DNA of 64,000 nt from Candidatus Lloydbacteria bacterium RIFCSPHIGHO2_02_FULL_50_18 (GCA_001821395.1 MHLM01000004.1:64001-128000), one strand, 5' to 3'; positions 9,206-17,492 are shown, counted from the stretch's first letter. Translations and numbers: made by a program. Notes: generated by a model not told the origin, from the letters alone.

Positions 9206-10831
9206 TTGAAAGAAAATATCATGAGAACAATCGGTTTTCTCAGAGCTTTCTTCTCCATCTTCAAGGAGATGCGCACCTCGTATCTCCCTCCGCTCATGGT
9301 ATACATGGCTGCGGGTGTTTCCGGGATTACTGCCATCGTTGGCACGTTCTACGTGAAGGAGCGACTCGGGCTTTCTGCGGAATTTCTGAGTGCGCTCGGT
9401 TTTTGGATTGGTTTGCCGTGGGTACTCAAGATGCCTATTGGTCACCTTGTCGATCTTCTGTGGCGGTGGAAAAGCGCATTCGTAATTCTCGGAGCAGGAT
9501 TGATTGCGTCGAGCCTCGGCATTATGGTCGGACTTCTTGGTTATACCGATGCGATGCGCGAAGTTGCCAGAGTGGAAGCGTGGTATGTCATCGCGGTTCT
9601 GCTTGCGCCGATCGGGTATGTGCTCCAAGATATCGTTGCGGATGCGATGACGGTCGAAGCAGTTCCGCGCATGAATCTTGACGGCACCGCGGTGAGCGAC
9701 GCCGATCTCAAGCTGATGCACACGACCATGCAGACACTTGGTCGCATTGCGATCATCGGCGGTGGTATCCTGGTATCTCTCGTAAATATCTTTCTGCTCA
9801 CTGGTGTTGGAGATCTTCCGCCGGCGGAAAAAGCGGCTACGTATCTTTTTGTATACCAGCTTGCCCTCGCCATCCCGATGATCTCAGTGCTCGGTGTCTT
9901 GCTTGCATCGGTGTTTCGTTGGAGTGACGTACGGACGCTCGTTGCGCAAGGAAAAACGAAAGCTGAGGCCCGGGCATTTCTCGATCGAGCATGTAAGGCT
10001 CCCGCGATAAACTGGGTGTTACTTGGTGGCGGGCTTGCGTTCGCAATTGCTGCCATTACGATCGGATTGAGCAAGATCGATGGAGGCCAGGAGATTGTTT
10101 TTGGTATCTCACTTCTTATCATTCTCTTCCTCATGAATCAACTCATGAAGGAGATCAGCAAGGAGGGTCGCAGGACGCTCATTGTCACGGCGCTCCTCAT
10201 TTTCGTCTATCGCGCGATGCCGGGAGTTGGACCGGGGATAGAGTGGTGGCAGATTGATGAATTGCACTTCGATCAGGAATTCTTTGCGAAGCTGTCATTC
10301 ATCGGCAGCACGCTCGTCCTCCTCGGGATGCTCGGTTTTCGTCGTTTTATTGCTGAGCGGTCTATGGCATATGTGCTCGGATTCCTGACGGTTGCGGGAA
10401 CGTTGCTGTCGCTTCCGACAATTGGCATGTATTACGGATTGCATGAGTGGACGGCCGCTATGACCGGAGGAGTCGTCGACGCACGCTTTATTGCGATCGT
10501 CGATACGGCAATTTCATCTCCTCTAGGGCAGGTCGCAATGATTCCCATGCTTGCGTGGATCGCAAACTCGGCACCGGAGCAGCTCAAGGCGACATTCTTT
10601 GCGGTCATGGCATCGTTTACGAACCTTGCACTCTCCGCGTCCAGCCTCGGAACGAAGTATTTGAATCAGGTCTTCGTGGTGACTCGTGAAGTGAGAGACG
10701 AAGCGACGAATGCCATCATTACACAGGCGAACTACGCTGAATTGGGAACCTTGCTCATCGTGGCAACCGCACTCGGATTCGTTGTGCCAATGCTTGCCGT
10801 TTGGCTTTTGCGAAAAAAGACCAGTTACTAA
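9206..10831 (+). CDS. Polytopic membrane transporter, possibly of the BT1/folate-biopterin (MFS-like) family
   Basis: About 12 predicted TMs. The family assignment is tentative. The start is ambiguous (TTG 9206 or ATG 9221). Confidence 0.45.
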   Translation: MKENIMRTIGFLRAFFSIFKEMRTSYLPPLMVYMAAGVSGITAIVGTFYVKERLGLSAEFLSALGFWIGLPWVLKMPIGHLVDLLWRWKSAFVILGAGLIASSLGIMVGLLGYTDAMREVARVEAWYVIAVLLAPIGYVLQDIVADAMTVEAVPRMNLDGTAVSDADLKLMHTTMQTLGRIAIIGGGILVSLVNIFLLTGVGDLPPAEKAATYLFVYQLALAIPMISVLGVLLASVFRWSDVRTLVAQGKTKAEARAFLDRACKAPAINWVLLGGGLAFAIAAITIGLSKIDGGQEIVFGISLLIILFLMNQLMKEISKEGRRTLIVTALLIFVYRAMPGVGPGIEWWQIDELHFDQEFFAKLSFIGSTLVLLGMLGFRRFIAERSMAYVLGFLTVAGTLLSLPTIGMYYGLHEWTAAMTGGVVDARFIAIVDTAISSPLGQVAMIPMLAWIANSAPEQLKATFFAVMASFTNLALSASSLGTKYLNQVFVVTREVRDEATNAIITQANYAELGTLLIVATALGFVVPMLAVWLLRKKTSY

Positions 10832-10850
10832 GAAGTAACAAACCCGCGTT

Positions 10851-10876
10851 CGCGCGGGTTTTTTTGCGCTATTTTT
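10851..10876 (+). terminator. Rho-independent terminator
   Basis: Hairpin CCCGCG-ttcg-CGCGGG followed by TTTTTTT. Confidence 0.7.
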
Positions 10877-10905
10877 CTCTTCCAATGGGTACCCTCGGAT
10901 TGCAA

Positions 10906-11020
10906 TGAACGCCAGTCGGGAGGTATTCGCTCTCGTTTGAAAAAGCTGGGGCTGATAAAAAAAAGACATACATTTGAAGGCAAGGAGGTATTTGACAAGT
11001 GCGATAAACTACTGCAGGAT
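10906..11020 (+). repeat. 115-bp direct repeat, copy B (contains an out-of-context fragment of the helicase C-terminal coding sequence)
   Basis: Translates to QSGGIRSRLKKLGLIKK, which matches the helicase tail. TTGACA at 10992..10997. Confidence 0.8.
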
Positions 11021-11060
11021 GAAACAAGATCGTTTTCTTTGACGAAACTCTAAGGAGTCT

Positions 11061-12053
11061 GTGATGATCAAAGCATTTTTTGGAGACAAGAAGTGGTTCT
11101 GGTGGGCGTACGGCGGACTTGTGTTCTTGCTCTGTTCGCTCTATGCGCAGGTGCACATGACGGTGCTTTTGAATGACTGGTATGGACGCTTCTACGACAT
11201 GATGGGCGATGTGTCAGCGCACAATCTCGACCAATTCTGGAAAGAGTTGATGAATTTCTTTTACATTGCGATCCCATATTCAATCCTTGCCAGTATTACT
11301 GGGTATTTTACAAGGCACTATGGGTTTGCGTGGAGGGAGGCAATCACTATGAGCTACCTTCCTAAATGGCGGAATGTGAAAATTGAGATCGAGGGAGCAA
11401 GCCAGCGTATCCAAGAGGACGCATCGCGTTTTGCAAAGATCGTCGAGTCACTCGGACTTCAGGTTGCTCGTGCCGTCATGGTACTCATTGCATTCCTTCC
11501 TGTGCTTTGGACATTGAGTTCACATATTCCGCTTCCATATTTCGGGCCCGTAGCTGGTTCGCTGGTGTGGGTGGCGCTGTGCACAAGCTTGGGTGGCATG
11601 ACGATTTCTTGGTTCGTCGGATATTATCTTCCGAAGCTGCAGTATAACAATGACGTTGTCGAGGCGCGCTTTCGCAAGGAGCTCGTGTATGGCGAAGATG
11701 ATAAGCAAAATCACGCGTCGATTCCGACACTACTCGAGATGTTCACCAGCGTGCGACTCAACTATCGGCGACTGTTCCTGCATTACGGGTATTTTGATCT
11801 CTGGTCTAATTTGTACGGTCAGATTATGGTACTTGTGCCGTTCATGATCGCAGGGCCGAACCTCTTTCTCCCCGCAGGTACCACAGGATTGATCACACTT
11901 GGAGTGCTGATGAAGGTCAGTAATGCCTTTGATAAGGTGCATTCGAGCTTTTCGCTTTTCATCGACAATTGGACGACGGTGACGGAACTCAGGAGTATCT
12001 GGAGGCGCCTGCATGAGTTTGAGCGAAACATCGACAAGCATCAGATGACATAA
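11061..12053 (+). CDS. SbmA/BacA-family inner-membrane peptide transporter (short form)
   Basis: Family-typical motifs NDWYGRFYD, RWREAI, GASQRIQEDASRFA, IAFLPVLWTLSSHIP, KELVYGEDD and NWTTVTELRSIWRRL. Confidence 0.75.
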   Translation: MMIKAFFGDKKWFWWAYGGLVFLLCSLYAQVHMTVLLNDWYGRFYDMMGDVSAHNLDQFWKELMNFFYIAIPYSILASITGYFTRHYGFAWREAITMSYLPKWRNVKIEIEGASQRIQEDASRFAKIVESLGLQVARAVMVLIAFLPVLWTLSSHIPLPYFGPVAGSLVWVALCTSLGGMTISWFVGYYLPKLQYNNDVVEARFRKELVYGEDDKQNHASIPTLLEMFTSVRLNYRRLFLHYGYFDLWSNLYGQIMVLVPFMIAGPNLFLPAGTTGLITLGVLMKVSNAFDKVHSSFSLFIDNWTTVTELRSIWRRLHEFERNIDKHQMT

Positions 12054-12096
12054 GAAAAACACCGAAGACACAATTCCCGCTTCACGGCGGGGATTT

Positions 12097-12444
12097 TTAT
12101 TTGCACTTTGGTTTTTTGGCCAGCAGACTCGCGTCGACTGCGTCTTCAATCCAGATCGAAAGGAGGTCGGGGTTTTCCATAATTTCTTCAGGAAGCGTGA
12201 AATAGCTCAGCGTTACCTTTTTTCCTTTTGCTTTGTACACAAAAGGCGTGCTCCCATATTTTTCGTATTGCGATTGATTAACCCCATCAACTTTGAAATA
12301 GAGTACGCCATTTAGAACCAGCGCAAAGATGACCCCGTCTAAGTAAACACCATAGCCGCCAAACATGGCACACGAGGTAATGCCGGGAATATGACCCATC
12401 AGGTCATGCACGATAAAATCATGGAATTCACTATTGCGCTTCAT
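12097..12444 (-). CDS. TfoX/Sxy N-terminal domain protein
   Basis: MFGGYGVYLDGVIFALV...LYFKVD pattern of TfoX_N. 115 aa. Confidence 0.55.
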   Translation of the reverse strand: MKRNSEFHDFIVHDLMGHIPGITSCAMFGGYGVYLDGVIFALVLNGVLYFKVDGVNQSQYEKYGSTPFVYKAKGKKVTLSYFTLPEEIMENPDLLSIWIEDAVDASLLAKKPKCK

Positions 12445-12445
12445 G

Positions 12446-12841
12446 TCACCGGTTCATCCACGTGATGGTGAGTTGAAGTATCGTTGCGAAGGAGACCCAG
12501 AGAAAATAGGGTATATTCACATACGCGACCCATCGTGCGATCGGGAATATCGCCCACATCGCCCATGCGAGGGTGATGAGCACGAGGATGATGTCGAGCG
12601 AAGCTAGGGGAAGGTTTTTGATCCCGAATTGGATCGGCGTGAAGGCGAGATTGAAGATGATGTTCAAAATAAACGGAAGCAGCACCGCAAAGGGGATGCG
12701 CTTTAAGTAAAAAAGATAGCCGACGTATCCGAATGAGCCGGCGATGATGAGGTAGAGCACACTCCACACGGGTCCGAATATCCAGGCGGGGGGCGCAAAG
12801 AAGGGCTTCACGAGGGCAGCATATGATTCGTATGTTTTCAT
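12446..12841 (-). CDS. TspO/MBR (tryptophan-rich sensory protein) family membrane protein
   Basis: PPAWIFGPVWSVLY motif. Trp-rich. Five TMs. One nt from the TfoX-like gene. Confidence 0.7.
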   Translation of the reverse strand: MKTYESYAALVKPFFAPPAWIFGPVWSVLYLIIAGSFGYVGYLFYLKRIPFAVLLPFILNIIFNLAFTPIQFGIKNLPLASLDIILVLITLAWAMWAIFPIARWVAYVNIPYFLWVSFATILQLTITWMNR

Positions 12842-12941
12842 GATGATCTCATTATAATCCCATGATGACTTGAAAAATAGGGCGAATTGGCTATACTGAG
12901 CCGACTGTTCTAAGACGGTTTTGTTTTAGGCTTTATATCAT

Positions 12942-13012
12942 TGCGGGTTCGTCTAATGGTAGGACATCGCCCTCTGGAGGCGAGTATTGGGGTTCGAGTC
13001 CCTGACCCGCAG
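12942..13012 (+). tRNA. tRNA-Gln (anticodon CTG)
   Basis: U1:A72 acceptor stem TGCGGGT/ACCCGCA, D-arm GTCT..GGAC, anticodon stem TCGCC/GGCGA with loop CTCTGGA, T-loop TTCGAGT, and discriminator G. CCA is not encoded. Confidence 0.8.
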
Positions 13013-13018
13013 CAAATG

Positions 13019-13046
13019 AAAACACCCCTTTTAATGGGGGTGTTTT
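13019..13046 (+). terminator. Hairpin terminator after tRNA-Gln
   Basis: AAAACACCCC-ttttaa-TGGGGGTGTTTT. Confidence 0.6.
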
Positions 13047-13060
13047 CATTTGCGAGGAGA

Positions 13061-13082
13061 GGAAGCCATCTGCATGGCTTCC
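13061..13082. repeat. 22-bp perfect palindrome GGAAGCCATCTGCATGGCTTCC, copy 1, embedded in an inverted copy of the tRNA-Gln 3' half
   Basis: Identical 22-mer at 61685..61706. Flanked by TTTGCG and GGCAGGGACTCGAA, which match the reverse complement of the tRNA-Gln T-arm and acceptor 3' strand. Confidence 0.8.
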
Positions 13083-13165
13083 GGCAGGGACTCGAAGCCG
13101 TTCTCCCATATTTTCGAGACATTCTTATGTTGAGAAAATAGGAAACGGGTACTGACGCAGTAGGC

Positions 13166-13189
13166 GTCGAGATTCCCTGACCCGCAGCA
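13166..13189 (+). repeat. Direct repeat of the tRNA-Gln 3' end (16 nt exact: TCCCTGACCCGCAGCA), att-like
   Basis: Identical to 12999..13014. Located 160 bp downstream of the tRNA. Confidence 0.8.
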
Positions 13190-13236
13190 GCCGCACAAAA
13201 CCACTCTGTATGGAGTGGTTTTGTTTTGCGGTTGCT

Positions 13237-13255
13237 CGCGGGTCAGGGACTCGAA
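13237..13255 (-). repeat. Inverted copy of the tRNA-Gln 3' end (CGCGGGTCAGGGACTCGAA), forming a roughly 35-bp imperfect hairpin with 13174..13209
   Basis: Reverse complement of TTCGAGTCCCTGACCCGCG. Confidence 0.75.
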
Positions 13256-13303
13256 AGACGGAGGCGGTCTACGCCGCCACTTTCCTAAGTGCGGTGTCGC
13301 CGA

Positions 13304-13373
13304 GCGACATTGTTTTCTTATGAGTAAGCGAGTTAGAAAACAAGAAGTACTCTTGTGGTGCCGGGGTCGAGAG
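13304..13373 (-). repeat. Repeat family R1, copy 3 (reverse orientation), flanked by a 9-bp inverted repeat CCTAAGTGC/GCACTTAGG
   Basis: The reverse complement aligns with 2378..2445: TTTTCTTA..TTAGAAAA..AAGTACTCT..GTGGTGCCG. Confidence 0.65.
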
Positions 13374-13547
13374 CACTTAGGCTTTTGGCTGCCTTGCGCC
13401 AAAATATTTAGTGACTCGTGATCAAGTTTGACCCGTAGACATGTCGTGCTCTTATGATGCGCGTTCTTTTTTAAAAAATATTTTGAGAACAAAAAGAAGC
13501 CTATTTTGTGGTTAAAAAAACCGCAAGCCTTTACTTGCGGTGATATT

Positions 13548-13824
13548 TCAGGGAACACTAATGGTATTGCGGCCGAATGGCCACGACGTGCAGACATAAA
13601 GGGTTATACTTTTTCCTTGCGGCGAAGTTGCCGAGACAGTTAGGCGCGCCGAGTCGCCTCGTACACAACCAGACATGATAAGTATTGATTTGTCGATGAC
13701 TTTTATGTTCGTATAGCCGAACGGCTCGAGTGTCTGGTTGGCGATGTCATCATTTACAAAATAGCCCCGGGTGCCAAGCGCAAGTATCATCAACAATGTG
13801 AATGCTACGCCGATTTTGTGTAAC
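13548..13824 (-). CDS. Small secreted hypothetical protein (about 92 aa)
   Basis: A GAGGAGGG ribosome-binding site lies 8 nt upstream of ATG 13824. Signal peptide MLHKIGVAFTLLMILALG. A hairpin terminator is at 13521..13548. Confidence 0.4.
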
Positions 13825-14040
13825 ATAGACAAAACCCTCCTCGTGAACAAACCGCCATAAATAGTACACCAGTAGCTTTGAGAGTCAAGAATGATCAGAA
13901 AATGTAGCAAGTGCACCTAGTGCTCTTCGTATCAGATATATCGACACCAAGTCATCCGACCAAGGTGGGCTTGACTGACCACGGTTTTATCTAGGGTCGG
14001 CCAGCTTTTAAAAACAGAAAAGCGGTATAATTCAGAGTAT

Positions 14041-14394
14041 ATGAATATTTCTAAGAAAAAATTTGTTGCCCTCTTCCTCATTTCTGCGTTTGCCTTTCAA
14101 TTCATCTCCAACTCACTTTTTGGGTCAGACGTTCGACTCTTTCCTCAGAAAGGGGAGTCTTTGTTGGGGACGGATCCACAAATAGGCTGGAAGAGTGCCG
14201 GATACAAAATTCAATTGCCTATCAAAATTGTTTTGATGGGACCCATGCTGCTTTCTACTGATTTTTTGCGAGATGATCCACCACCTCCATTTGTTGCCGC
14301 TGTATTTGCTCTCTACTGGTCGATCCTTGCCTTATTTATTTACTATCTTATCGGTATTATAAGTAGAAGACATCCTCTATGTGTTTCTGCTTGA
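14041..14394 (+). CDS. Hypothetical membrane or secreted protein
   Basis: N-terminal hydrophobic segment plus a C-terminal TM. AT-rich. No homology recognised. Confidence 0.3.
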   Translation: MNISKKKFVALFLISAFAFQFISNSLFGSDVRLFPQKGESLLGTDPQIGWKSAGYKIQLPIKIVLMGPMLLSTDFLRDDPPPPFVAAVFALYWSILALFIYYLIGIISRRHPLCVSA

Positions 14395-14548
14395 GTGCTT
14401 GGGTAATTTTGTGAGCAAGGAGGAGAGATGGGTTATATCTGTTTTGTTCAAGCGAAATAATTGTTTGTCTGGTTACTCCTGCAAGTTCAGCAAGTTTTTC
14501 TTGCGTAAGGTTTAATTTATTTCGATAAAGAGCAATGTTTGTTTCCAT
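14357..14548 (-). CDS. XRE-family helix-turn-helix transcriptional regulator (63 aa)
   Basis: [35 protein letters not shown] is a classic Cro/C1 HTH. Confidence 0.8.
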   Translation of the reverse strand: METNIALYRNKLNLTQEKLAELAGVTRQTIISLEQNRYNPSLLLAHKITQALKQKHIEDVFYL

Positions 14549-14550
14549 TT

Positions 14551-14979
14551 TTAATTTTTCTTATCTAAATAGAAATTTGAAGCGGCTTTAACGATAGTAC
14601 CAACGATGAGAGCTAATAAGATCACCGGATCAACTCTCGTGATCTCGTTTACAACAATGCCTGCGGCAATCTGATAACCGATGCCTGCGGTGAGCACTAC
14701 TAAGATAGCCCAAAGGGCATTTCGCTCAGAGATCGCTTCGTGTATTATATCCCGCTCGTCTTTCGGCACATGAACCATCATAGCTATGAAATCGATACCA
14801 AAAACGATCGCCCACAATGAGAGCAATACTACTTGCGTTGACCCAATGACATTCATTTCAGTTATGACAATTATCGGCAGTATCATAACGACAATATATG
14901 CCCAGCCTTGCCAAGTAGAAGGTGTCAGCCCCCAGCCCGTATACTTTCTTCTTTTGAACCACTCCGGTTTTGCGATCAT
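14551..14979 (-). CDS. DUF2178-like membrane protein, partner of the XRE regulator
   Basis: Four TMs. Abuts the small HTH gene, a common HTH plus DUF2178 pairing. The start is taken at the internal Met MIAKPEWF. Confidence 0.45.
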   Translation of the reverse strand: MIAKPEWFKRRKYTGWGLTPSTWQGWAYIVVMILPIIVITEMNVIGSTQVVLLSLWAIVFGIDFIAMMVHVPKDERDIIHEAISERNALWAILVVLTAGIGYQIAAGIVVNEITRVDPVILLALIVGTIVKAASNFYLDKKN

Positions 14980-15278
14980 ATAATTATGTTTATTACTAAT
15001 GTAATATATACTATACGTAAAATATATATTACACAAGCGCTATTGCGGATAACTTGCATTACGGGTAAAAGTTTCACTGCGGATATTGAATGCTAAGTCA
15101 GGAGATCGTTTTGGGCGGTCTTCCGGGGTGCCTCTTCGTGAGACCCTGAAAGGTAGTTTGTAGGGCAATGCGTCGTCTTCACTCCATCTTTTTCGCCTCT
15201 AATATTTATGCTTCTTCTAACTTAAATAGGTTCCAGTTTGTTCCTGACGCGCAGTATTTTTTTTGGTATGCTCATTTT

Positions 15279-15605
15279 ATGAAGATAGTAAATCCAAGAG
15301 TCGTCCCTGATGTAGCTCAAAAATATATCATCGCCAAGATTTTCAATAGCGATGAACTTCTGCTTTGGGGCGATCCAGAAATCGAATGGCATAAGGACAT
15401 TGCAGAAGAAATGGGTGACGCAGGCCTCGTTGTTGAATGGGTAAGGGGAGGAGGAAGATTGAAATTCGTGACTGATTCGAAAACTATTTATGTCTGGGGT
15501 AAAAGTAGTATGTATGGAGCCGCGTCATTTCGGGAAGCGAAGAACATTTTGAGGATCGCTTATTCTGACTATGACATTCTTAATGAGATCCCTCCAGAAG
15601 AATAG
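15279..15605 (+). CDS. Hypothetical protein
   Basis: ORF only. The start is ambiguous (15168 or 15279). Confidence 0.3.
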   Translation: MKIVNPRVVPDVAQKYIIAKIFNSDELLLWGDPEIEWHKDIAEEMGDAGLVVEWVRGGGRLKFVTDSKTIYVWGKSSMYGAASFREAKNILRIAYSDYDILNEIPPEE

Positions 15606-15684
15606 TTCCAACGTCGTCCCCTGCATCTAATTTGATAAATGCGCTAATCTTGCTGATTGGCATTTTTTAAAGCCAATGTCTGTT

Positions 15685-15990
15685 TTATGAAAAATCTCGT
15701 TTCCCTTCCCAGGGGATACCCCCGTAGTCCAATAATAGTTCTTCACCAGATCGAATATCTCTTGAGGAGATAAAATAAAATTTATCTCCATTTTGTAACA
15801 GCCCTATGTTGGGATCTTGTGAATGATTTATTTTCTCTCCGAGGCTCGTTCTCGCATAATCCACATCAGGATTTCCCGTGGTGCTAATTCTTTTGAATCC
15901 TAACCCGATATTCTCACCGCAGACGATATTATCTCTAGTGAAAACTCCATGCCCCGCAATATTTGATCCCTTTATTTCGAGGTTGACCAT
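15685..15990 (-). CDS. SET-domain protein (putative protein lysine methyltransferase), 101 aa
   Basis: NHSQDPN (an NHSCxPN-like motif) and ELLLDYG (an ELxxDY motif). Confidence 0.65.
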   Translation of the reverse strand: MVNLEIKGSNIAGHGVFTRDNIVCGENIGLGFKRISTTGNPDVDYARTSLGEKINHSQDPNIGLLQNGDKFYFISSRDIRSGEELLLDYGGIPWEGKRDFS

Positions 15991-16020
15991 TGCTTTGATT
16001 ATAGCTTTTTGTTAATTTCC

Positions 16021-16506
16021 TCATCGTCTCCATCCCGCATCATCGAATCGTGCGCCATCTCCGTTGAGGTATTTTTGCATCATTTCCTTTGCTGGCCCTC
16101 GGCGCACCCATGCATCATTGACTCCCGTCATGTCGACAAGAATACCTGCAGTGATGATTGCAACAATGAATCCCGCGATGATGATCTTGAAATCTATCTT
16201 GTAGGAAAAATCATAGCGTCGGAGCAACCATATTCCGAGAACGAGTCCGAGTATCGCAAATACGGGCGCCCACCACGGGAAACTCGAAAGAAATTGCTCA
16301 AGGCGATATTCTCCCATTGGTCCGTGCGACCGAGAAAGAAAACGCAGTAATCCAAAAAGGAAAACTGAGACAACTATTGAAGAGACCAACCCCAAGAAGG
16401 TGAGTAGTGATCCGAGAATAAAGTATATCTTTGGGCGGGGTTTTATCTGCTCACCATGGATCTTTCCCATGATGGTGTCGGTGATGTTGTTTAATTCTTT
16501 TGACAT
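16021..16506 (-). CDS. Putative anti-sigma factor or membrane protein cotranscribed with the ECF sigma
   Basis: Overlaps the sigma gene by 16 nt. Has a cytoplasmic N-terminus followed by 3-4 TMs. Confidence 0.4.
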   Translation of the reverse strand: MSKELNNITDTIMGKIHGEQIKPRPKIYFILGSLLTFLGLVSSIVVSVFLFGLLRFLSRSHGPMGEYRLEQFLSSFPWWAPVFAILGLVLGIWLLRRYDFSYKIDFKIIIAGFIVAIITAGILVDMTGVNDAWVRRGPAKEMMQKYLNGDGARFDDAGWRR

Positions 16507-17033
16507 AAGTGTTTCATTAAGGCTTTTGCGCGACTTACGCGCGTCGCAACGGTACCCATTGGTATGCGCAGGATGTCGCTGATCTCTGCATACGACTTCT
16601 CTTCTATATAATACAACGTGAGCGGTTCAGCGTAGAGGAGGGGTATCTGTTCGAGGCACTTCGTCACCATCTCCACTGTTTCTTTTTGCTCGAATTCCTT
16701 TTCGATGTCTTCATCACTTACAAAATCCGCAGTATCCAAGAGAGGGACTTCACTCGGATATTTTTTGATGATGTTGAGTGCCACATTATGTGCAATACGA
16801 TATATCCAGCTCGAAAATTTCTTTTTTACGTCAAAACCGTTGAGATTGATGTACGCGTTAATGAAGGCTTCCTGGACGACGTCGGTCGCCATGTGTTCAT
16901 CCTTGATGAGGTGAGTGACGTAGCGGAGTAGTTTGTGTTGATATCGCTCAATGAGTATAGCGTAAAGATCCCGATCAGTTGATCGAACTTTTTCAACTAT
17001 TGCTTCATCTGAAAGTTTTTCGTTCTCGTCCAT
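16491..17033 (-). CDS. RNA polymerase sigma-70 factor, ECF subfamily
   Basis: Region 2 (DVVQEAFINAY) and a region 4 HTH (SYAEISDILRIPMGTVATRVSRA). Confidence 0.85.
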   Translation of the reverse strand: MDENEKLSDEAIVEKVRSTDRDLYAILIERYQHKLLRYVTHLIKDEHMATDVVQEAFINAYINLNGFDVKKKFSSWIYRIAHNVALNIIKKYPSEVPLLDTADFVSDEDIEKEFEQKETVEMVTKCLEQIPLLYAEPLTLYYIEEKSYAEISDILRIPMGTVATRVSRAKALMKHLCQKN

Positions 17034-17120
17034 ATAAAAATTCTACTCAGTATTATTGATCATGTACACTAAATCCCCGATCGTGACTCGGGGTAGTGTG
17101 CTTGGGGGTTGTGCTTTTGC

Positions 17121-17492
17121 TTAACGATTCATGTGCCTGCCCATCCCTTTTCCTCGTCCTTCTCCACCTCCAACACCGAGGCCAAGTTCTTGGCGGATCT
17201 TTTGTGCTTCAGCGATCTTTCCTTGCTCTGCCAATTCATGAGCCTCAGCAAATTTTGCAAAGTTCCCCTGATTGATGACTTCCGTTGCTCGTCCTCGTCC
17301 TTGCATCAGCTCTTTCCATGCATTGTAATCCTTCTGCTCAAATACCTTCTCCATTGCCTCATGGCGCTCTGTGCTGTAGTTTGGACCTTTAACGCTAGGG
17401 TCTCCTCTATATGCAAGCGCAGCGCTCGCGGATACCCCGAGTCCTCCAAGGACAAGTGCTGCAACTCCTAAGCCGAATAGTTTTTTGTTCAT
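17121..17492 (-). CDS. Small secreted protein with a Gly-rich C-terminus
   Basis: Signal peptide MNKKLFGLGVAALVLGGLGVSASA. Confidence 0.45.
   Translation of the reverse strand: MNKKLFGLGVAALVLGGLGVSASAALAYRGDPSVKGPNYSTERHEAMEKVFEQKDYNAWKELMQGRGRATEVINQGNFAKFAEAHELAEQGKIAEAQKIRQELGLGVGGGEGRGKGMGRHMNR

Noticed and set aside
9184-10134. ORFs 9184..9681 (+), 9203..9721 (-) and 9541..10134 (-) overlapping the transporter gene.
   Set aside because: They overlap a 541-aa polytopic membrane protein ORF, and their translations are Arg/Cys-rich nonsense typical of off-frame GC-rich DNA.
13046-13597. A 183-aa minus-strand ORF spanning the tRNA-Gln-proximal repeats.
   Set aside because: It is composed of hairpin and repeat sequence with low-complexity translation. 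The palindromes keep a frame open by chance.
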